Source: a virus
IMG/VR virus record: IMGVR_UViG_3300010218_000004
Span: 1 to 64,000 of that record
Strand: one strand, 5' to 3'
DNA: 64,000 nucleotides
The notes under the pieces were generated by a model. The model saw only the letters and a list, made by a program, of their open reading frames with translations. It did no database searches and had not been told where the DNA came from. The position numbers and the translations under genes were made by a program. This document shows positions 58,594-64,000 of the stretch, piece by piece (position 1 is the first letter of the stretch; each line of letters begins with the position of its first letter).

Positions 58594-59847
58594 GTGCCGT
58601 CTACGCCCACAACCTTTGCGCCCGCCAAGCAGTTCGTTGGCATCGCCAACGAAACCGTGCAGGGTACGCCGGTCGCGATGACGGCCACGGTCCTCGTCGA
58701 CGAGGTCAAGCCCAAGGACAACCCGACCTTCCTCGAGGACAAGTCGTGGCGCGGGTCCATGGGTACCGACGTCTTCGCGAAGATCGCCGGAGTGAAGACG
58801 GCCGAGGTTGAACTCGGCGGCCCCGCCTACGGCGACGGCATCGGCTACTTCCTGCGGAACATCCTCGGTGACCTGTCCATCGTCGGCACCTCCACCGGGT
58901 CCGGCGGCACCACGCTGTCGGCCTCGGTGGCCGCCGGCGCGACGTCGTTCACGACCACCGCGACGATCGCTGCCGGCACGGCCGTGCAGATCGGTTCGGG
59001 GGCGAAGGCCGAGGTCGTCATCACCGGCACGCCGACCGGCTCGGGCCCGTACACCATCCCCATCACCACCCCGGCGACGGGTGGCCTGATGTTCGCGCAC
59101 GCCTCCGCGGAGGCGGTGCAGCCGGTCACCGGCCCGTACACGCAGGCCCACAGCCTCCTCAACTCGGGCAGCGGCCAGCCCATTTCGCACACGCTGACGC
59201 ACTTCCTCGGCCCCACCGGGACGTCTGGCGCCCGCCAGTACCCGGGCCTGTGCATCAGCGAGTTGGGCCTCAAGTTCAACGCCGAGTCGGAACTCCTGAC
59301 GTGGTCGGCGAAGGGCACCAGCTTCCCGTCCGTGCCGCTCGGAACGGCACCGGTCGCCGCCCCGTCGACGTCGCTGCCCGTCGCCTCCTGGCGCATGCTC
59401 GTCGGCATCGGCGGCCCCGCCTCCGGCGGCACGCTCCTCGGTACCGTCACCGACGGCGAACTCACCATCAAGCGTGAGCTGTCGCCGTACTTCACGGTCA
59501 ACGGCACTCAGGCGCCGTACATCATCCAGCGCGGCGGCCTGTCCGTCGAGGGCAAGCTCAACTTCGTCGCCGCCGACGAGTCGCCCTTGCTCTACATGCT
59601 GAACAACAGTCAGCCGCAGCTCCAGCTCCTCCTCGACAACGGCCTCTCCGGCACGAACAAGGTCACCTTCCAGGTCGACTGCCAGATCGCCGCGTTCACG
59701 GAGAGCGAGGCCGACGGATCGAAGTCCGCCGTCGAGTACGGCAACTCCTTCCAGGCCGTGTTCAACACGACCAACTCGGGCGGGTCGGGCGGCTACAGCC
59801 CGATCAAGGTGTCGATCACCAACAACGTCCCGGCCGGCACCTACTAA
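58594..59847 (+). CDS. Major tail protein
   Basis: Lies immediately upstream of the tail assembly chaperone pair. 417 aa. Confidence 0.65.
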   Translation: MPSTPTTFAPAKQFVGIANETVQGTPVAMTATVLVDEVKPKDNPTFLEDKSWRGSMGTDVFAKIAGVKTAEVELGGPAYGDGIGYFLRNILGDLSIVGTSTGSGGTTLSASVAAGATSFTTTATIAAGTAVQIGSGAKAEVVITGTPTGSGPYTIPITTPATGGLMFAHASAEAVQPVTGPYTQAHSLLNSGSGQPISHTLTHFLGPTGTSGARQYPGLCISELGLKFNAESELLTWSAKGTSFPSVPLGTAPVAAPSTSLPVASWRMLVGIGGPASGGTLLGTVTDGELTIKRELSPYFTVNGTQAPYIIQRGGLSVEGKLNFVAADESPLLYMLNNSQPQLQLLLDNGLSGTNKVTFQVDCQIAAFTESEADGSKSAVEYGNSFQAVFNTTNSGGSGGYSPIKVSITNNVPAGTY

Positions 59848-59882
59848 GCACCCTCACCCCCTCAACACCCCTCGGGAGAGAC

Positions 59883-60242
59883 ATGTCCACAACCGAACGC
59901 GTTCCGCTGCCCTCCGGCGCCTGGGTCCAGCTCCGCGACCCGCACACGCTGCGACGCGGCGACAAGCAGCGCGCCCTCCGCGCGGTCAAGGACACCGAGG
60001 GCGGCGACGTCGGCGCCGCCCTCGACCTCGTCAACGGCCTCCTCAGCGTCCTCATCATCGACTGGAGCTATCCGTTCCCCGTCCCGGCGGAGACGCCGGC
60101 GTCGCTCGACCTCATCCCCCTCGAGGACGACGACGCCCTGTCGGAGGCCGTCGAGCCCGCCCGGGCGCTCCTCTTCCCGGGCAAGCCCGACCCGAAGGAC
60201 GCCAAGGACGAGGCGTCCCCTACCGAGCCCTCCGCCGCCTAA
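59883..60242 (+). CDS. Tail assembly chaperone (G)
   Basis: Acidic 119-aa protein between the major tail protein and the tape measure. Confidence 0.75.
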   Translation: MSTTERVPLPSGAWVQLRDPHTLRRGDKQRALRAVKDTEGGDVGAALDLVNGLLSVLIIDWSYPFPVPAETPASLDLIPLEDDDALSEAVEPARALLFPGKPDPKDAKDEASPTEPSAA

Positions 60243-60466
60243 GGGCGCGGCTGGAGGGGCACGACGTCCCGGCCGGGCACCCGATCACCCCCGTCGACGA
60301 GGCGTACGACTACCTCTGGTACGCCGAGCGGTGGGGGTGGACCCCGGCCCAGGTCGATGAGATCCCGGCATGGCTGGACGTGTGGCTGCCGCAGATGGCC
60401 AACGTCGTCGACGACGCGAAGGAAGCCGCGCACGAGAAGGCCATGCGGGACGCCGAACGGGGGTGA
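59883..60466 (+). CDS. Tail assembly chaperone G-T fusion made by -1 frameshifting
   Basis: The -1 frame is open across the G stop and encodes ...LEGHDVPAGHPITPVDEAYDYLWYAERWGWTPAQVDEIPAWLDVWLPQMANVVDDAKEAAHEKAMRDAERG with no start codon of its own. The candidate slip site is C_CCG_GGC at 60176-60182. Confidence 0.6.
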
Positions 60467-60469
60467 GCC

Positions 60470-60928
60470 ATGGCCGGCGCCGTCGAGGTCGTGGGCGTCA
60501 ACCAACTGTCACTGGCCCTCGAGGGACTCCTCAAGTCGCTCAACGTGGCCACCCGGACCGCGACCGCCCACGCCTCGCATCTCCTTGAGCGGGAGATCAA
60601 GCAGACGTTGTCGACGTCCAGTCACCCGCGGGGCACCCCGACACCGTCCGCGCCGGGGGAGCCTCCGTCGCTCATCAGCGGCACCCTGCGCCGGTCCATC
60701 AGCATCACCGGGCCCATCCCGCTCGGGTCCGGCCGGTGGGAGGCGCAGATCGGGCCGACGGCCGTGTACGGCCGGATTCAGGAACTCGGCGGGCCCACGG
60801 GGCGGGGTGGTGCCACCGAGCTACCGCCCCGCCCGTTCGTGCGGCCGGCCTACGAGAAGTTGGCGGCGACCGGCGCCCTCACCTCCCTCTACCACTCCGC
60901 ATGGCGTGCCGCGCTGAGCCGCCACTGA
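60470..60928 (+). CDS. HK97 gp10-family neck/tail-completion protein
   Basis: PGEPPSLISGTLRRSI...GPTAVYGRIQELG...LPPRPFVRPA matches the gp10-like pattern. Confidence 0.7.
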   Translation: MAGAVEVVGVNQLSLALEGLLKSLNVATRTATAHASHLLEREIKQTLSTSSHPRGTPTPSAPGEPPSLISGTLRRSISITGPIPLGSGRWEAQIGPTAVYGRIQELGGPTGRGGATELPPRPFVRPAYEKLAATGALTSLYHSAWRAALSRH

Positions 60929-60974
60929 TCTACGCGTAGCGCCCGCCGGCGCCCGACCCGGAAAGGGGGGCGCC

Positions 60975-63900
60975 GTGTCCGAGGGCACCCTGTTGCCGCC
61001 CGTCGTCGTCCGCCTCCTCGGCGACATGACCCAGCTCAAGGGGACCTTGGCGGCGGCACGCACGCAGGTCAACGGGACCGCCGCGGGCATGAAGCAGGCC
61101 GGGGCGACCGCGTACGCGGGCCTGGCGAAGATGGGCCGTTCGGTCACCCTCATCGGGGCCGGTGTCGCCGTCGCCTCGACGAAGATGGCGGCCGACTTCC
61201 AGTCCGAGACGATGGTGCTGCACACCGCGGCCGGCGAGTCCCTCAAGGGCCTCCAGACGGTCCGGCAGGGCATCAAGGACATCGCCGGCGACACCGGCAC
61301 CGACTGGCGTGGCCTCACCGACGGCATGTACCAGGTCGAGAAGGCCGGGTATCGGGCGGGCGACGGCCTCAAGGTGCTCCGGGCGGCGGCGCAGGGCGCC
61401 CGTGAGGAGAACGCGCGCCTCGACACCGTCACGAACGCCATGACGTCGGTCATGGCTAGCTATCACCTGGGCGCGGATCAGTCGGTGCGGGTCATGAATG
61501 GCCTTAAAACCGCAGCCGGTGAAGGCAAGATGACCATGGAAGAGTTTGCGGGCTCTCTCTCCACGGTCCTCCCTATCGCCTCCGCGAACAAGGTGAGTTT
61601 CGAGCAGGTGGCGGGTGCGCTCGCCACGCTCACCCAGCACGGCACGTCGGCGCGCGAGGGCACGCAGGAACTCGCCTCCACCATCCGCAACCTGGCCTCC
61701 CCGAACAACGTCGCCGTACAGACCATGCAGCGGTTCGGGCTGTCCGCGACCGACGTGCAGACGAAGCTCGGCAAGCGCGGCCTGACCGGCACGCTCGACC
61801 TGCTCTCGCAGACCGTGCTGTCCAAGATGGGCAAGTCCGGCACGGTGCTGATGTCCGCGTTCAACACGTCGAAGCAGGCGGCATCCGACGCCTACACGAT
61901 GATCAAGCAGATGCCCAAGGGCATCCAAGGTCTCGCGAACTCCTACTCCGCCGGGAAGATCAGCCTCGCCGACTGGCGCAAGGAGTTGAAGGGGCTCCCG
62001 CCGCTCCAGGCGAACATGCTCCAGCAGTACGGGACCCTGCTCAACAAGTCCCGCGGGTTCTCCGACGCCCTCAAGCGGGGCGGGCCGGCCGCGACCACGT
62101 ACACCGACGCCATCAAGAAGATGACCGGCGGCGCCATCGGCCTCAACACCACCCTCCAGCTCACCGGCGAGTCCAGCGAGGGCTTCAAGGACCGGGTCAA
62201 GAAGGTCGGCGACAGCTTCAACCACAGCTCCAAGGACGTCGAGGGCTGGAAGGAGACCTCAAAGCTCCTCAACGTCCAGCTCGCGCAGATGAAGCAGAAG
62301 GCCGAAGTCCTCGCCATCGAGATCGGTTCGAAGCTCATCCCGGTCGTCTCCGCCGTCATCAGCTTCTTCGCCGAGCACAAGAGCGCAGCCGTCGCCCTCG
62401 CGTCGATCATCGGCGGCGTCCTCGCCCTGTCGGTAGTCGCCTACGCGGCGAAGTTGACGATGTCCGCGGCCAAGACGGTCGTCTCCTTCGGGCGCATGGG
62501 CGTCTCCGCCATCAAGGCGGGCGGCCGTGTCGTGCAGGGGTTCCGGTCGGCGCAGGTCGCGTCGTCCGCGTTCTCCGGGAAGGCGGGCAGCTTCGGCGGG
62601 GCCCTCCGTAAGGGCTTCGACGCCGCGGCGCAGGGCGCGAAGACGGCCGGCGGCGCGGTGAAGAACTTCGCGCTCTCCGTGGGCCGGGTGTCGGCGCAGG
62701 CCGGTAAGGCCGCATGGTCCGGCCTGGTGTCCGGGCTCAAGGGCGTCGGCATGGCGATGAAGACCGCCAGCCTCAACGCCCTCCAATTCCTCCGGACCAT
62801 GGCCATGTCGGCCCTGTCCGCGGCCCGGGCCGCGGTCGCGTACACGGCGCAGAAGGTCGCGCTGGTGGCGTCGGCGATCGCGGAGAAGGCGGCCGCGCTC
62901 GCCCAGTGGGCGCTGAACGTGGCGATGGACGCCAACCCGATCATGCTCATCGTTCTCGCGTTGGCGGCCCTCATCGGCGGCCTGATCTTGGCCTACAACA
63001 AGGTCGGCTGGTTCCGCGCGTTCGTGAACGGCGCCTTCCACGGGATCGCCGTCGTCATCGACTGGGTGGTCTCGTTCGTCAAGGCGCACTGGCCGCTGCT
63101 GCTCATCATCCTGACCGGGCCCATCGGTATCGCGGTCGCGCTGATCGTCAAGTACTGGAACAAGATCAGTTCCGGTTTCAAGTCGGCGTACCACACCACG
63201 GTCAACATCGGAAAGAGCCTGGTCAGCTGGGTCGCCGGCCTGCCGGGGTGGGTGAAGGGCGCCCTCAGCTCACTCGCCACGAAGATCGTTACGACGGCGC
63301 TCGACGCGTGGTTCCGCTTCAAGGCGGCCACGATCTCGAAGGCCGGTGAACTCCTCGTCTGGCTGCACGGCCTCCCGTCCAAGATCAAGTCGGGGTTGGG
63401 TGCGCTCGGCTCGCTCCTCGTCTCCGCCGGCAAGGATCTCATCCGCGGCCTCATCCACGGCGTGGAGTCGCTGGGCGCGTCGGCTATCTCGACGGTCAAG
63501 CACATCGGCTCGTCGATGGTGTCGGGGATGAAGTCGGTCCTCGGCATCGCCTCCCCGTCGAGGGTGTTCCGGCAGCTCGGCATCTACGTCAACGAGGGCC
63601 TCGTCGACGGCCTCACCGGGTCCACGGCGCGGGTGAAGGCGGCGACGCGGCGTATCGAGTCGCTGCTGATGCAGACCTACAACCGGGTCGCCGACCTCAA
63701 GGGGCATGGCGCCAGCACGGCGTGGGTGAAGTCCCACGAGCGGACACTCAAACGGCTTGAGGCGTACGCGAAGAAGGAGGACAAGGTCCTCCGCGGGCTG
63801 GCCGCCCGACGGGACTCCGTCGCCAAGGAGATCAAGGCGACGCAGAAGAAGCTCGCCGACCTCCAGAAGGCGTGGAAGGACGAGGTCAAGAACGTCGCGT

Positions 63901-64000
63901 CGGGCATCATGCAGGGCTTTTCCATCGTCACGGAGGCCCCGCAGGAGGGGTTCGCGCTGACCGCGCAGGACGTGGTCAACAAGATGCGCGACCAGATGGC
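60975..64000 (+). CDS. Tail tape measure protein (3' end outside the window)
   Basis: GTG after a GAAAGGGGGG RBS. The frame is open to the window edge (over 1000 aa). It has a TP901-type core (TVTNAMTSVMASY..., MEEFAGSLSTVLPIAS) and hydrophobic central helices. Confidence 0.9.
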   Translation, partial: MSEGTLLPPVVVRLLGDMTQLKGTLAAARTQVNGTAAGMKQAGATAYAGLAKMGRSVTLIGAGVAVASTKMAADFQSETMVLHTAAGESLKGLQTVRQGIKDIAGDTGTDWRGLTDGMYQVEKAGYRAGDGLKVLRAAAQGAREENARLDTVTNAMTSVMASYHLGADQSVRVMNGLKTAAGEGKMTMEEFAGSLSTVLPIASANKVSFEQVAGALATLTQHGTSAREGTQELASTIRNLASPNNVAVQTMQRFGLSATDVQTKLGKRGLTGTLDLLSQTVLSKMGKSGTVLMSAFNTSKQAASDAYTMIKQMPKGIQGLANSYSAGKISLADWRKELKGLPPLQANMLQQYGTLLNKSRGFSDALKRGGPAATTYTDAIKKMTGGAIGLNTTLQLTGESSEGFKDRVKKVGDSFNHSSKDVEGWKETSKLLNVQLAQMKQKAEVLAIEIGSKLIPVVSAVISFFAEHKSAAVALASIIGGVLALSVVAYAAKLTMSAAKTVVSFGRMGVSAIKAGGRVVQGFRSAQVASSAFSGKAGSFGGALRKGFDAAAQGAKTAGGAVKNFALSVGRVSAQAGKAAWSGLVSGLKGVGMAMKTASLNALQFLRTMAMSALSAARAAVAYTAQKVALVASAIAEKAAALAQWALNVAMDANPIMLIVLALAALIGGLILAYNKVGWFRAFVNGAFHGIAVVIDWVVSFVKAHWPLLLIILTGPIGIAVALIVKYWNKISSGFKSAYHTTVNIGKSLVSWVAGLPGWVKGALSSLATKIVTTALDAWFRFKAATISKAGELLVWLHGLPSKIKSGLGALGSLLVSAGKDLIRGLIHGVESLGASAISTVKHIGSSMVSGMKSVLGIASPSRVFRQLGIYVNEGLVDGLTGSTARVKAATRRIESLLMQTYNRVADLKGHGASTAWVKSHERTLKRLEAYAKKEDKVLRGLAARRDSVAKEIKATQKKLADLQKAWKDEVKNVASGIMQGFSIVTEAPQEGFALTAQDVVNKMRDQM

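Larger units (their letters stand above)
1..64000. mobile_element. Segment of a temperate siphovirus-like actinophage or plasmid-prophage genome
   Basis: Complete packaging, head and tail gene order at 43.8-64 kb. Phage-type early genes are present (SSB, RusA, ThyX, HNH). A parA is at the left edge. There are no host housekeeping genes. Confidence 0.85.

Overview
The window is about 72% GC and reads as a contiguous segment of a temperate, siphovirus-type actinophage (Streptomyces-like) or plasmid-prophage. No host housekeeping genes, rRNA, tRNA or CRISPR array were seen. All product calls come from reading motifs in the supplied translations; no database search was run. Layout: (i) 1-16.7 kb is a rightward, translationally coupled block: parA plus a partner gene, RusA, an HNH-like gene, SSB, a YhhQ-type transporter plus a DpdA-like DNA transglycosylase, ThyX and many unknowns. 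(ii) 16.8-28.5 kb is a leftward block of about 21 small, often Cys-rich genes. It is driven by ten almost identical promoters, each carrying two copies of the palindrome TGTAGCTACA, and is punctuated by hairpins that share one loop sequence. (iii) 28.6-31 kb is a small convergent/divergent module. (iv) 31.1-35.6 kb has iterons, a 27-bp palindrome and a membrane-protein module resembling Streptomyces plasmid spread loci, with a dense TGCGCA repeat field. (v) 35.9-40.9 kb is an accessory/immunity island: an XRE repressor with three TGTCCA-N6-TGGACA operators, an MmyB-like regulator, a type III polyketide synthase and a secreted protein. (vi) 41.8-64 kb holds the late genes: a ParB-domain DNA methyltransferase, small and large terminase (the large subunit is broken at a G_GGA_AAA heptamer), a beta-helix tailspike-like protein, a 1060-aa portal-Nudix-MuF fusion, XkdF-like protease, scaffold, capsid, connector proteins, major tail protein, G/GT chaperones, a gp10-like protein and the tape measure, which runs off the window. 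No integrase, attP or replication initiator was found in the window.
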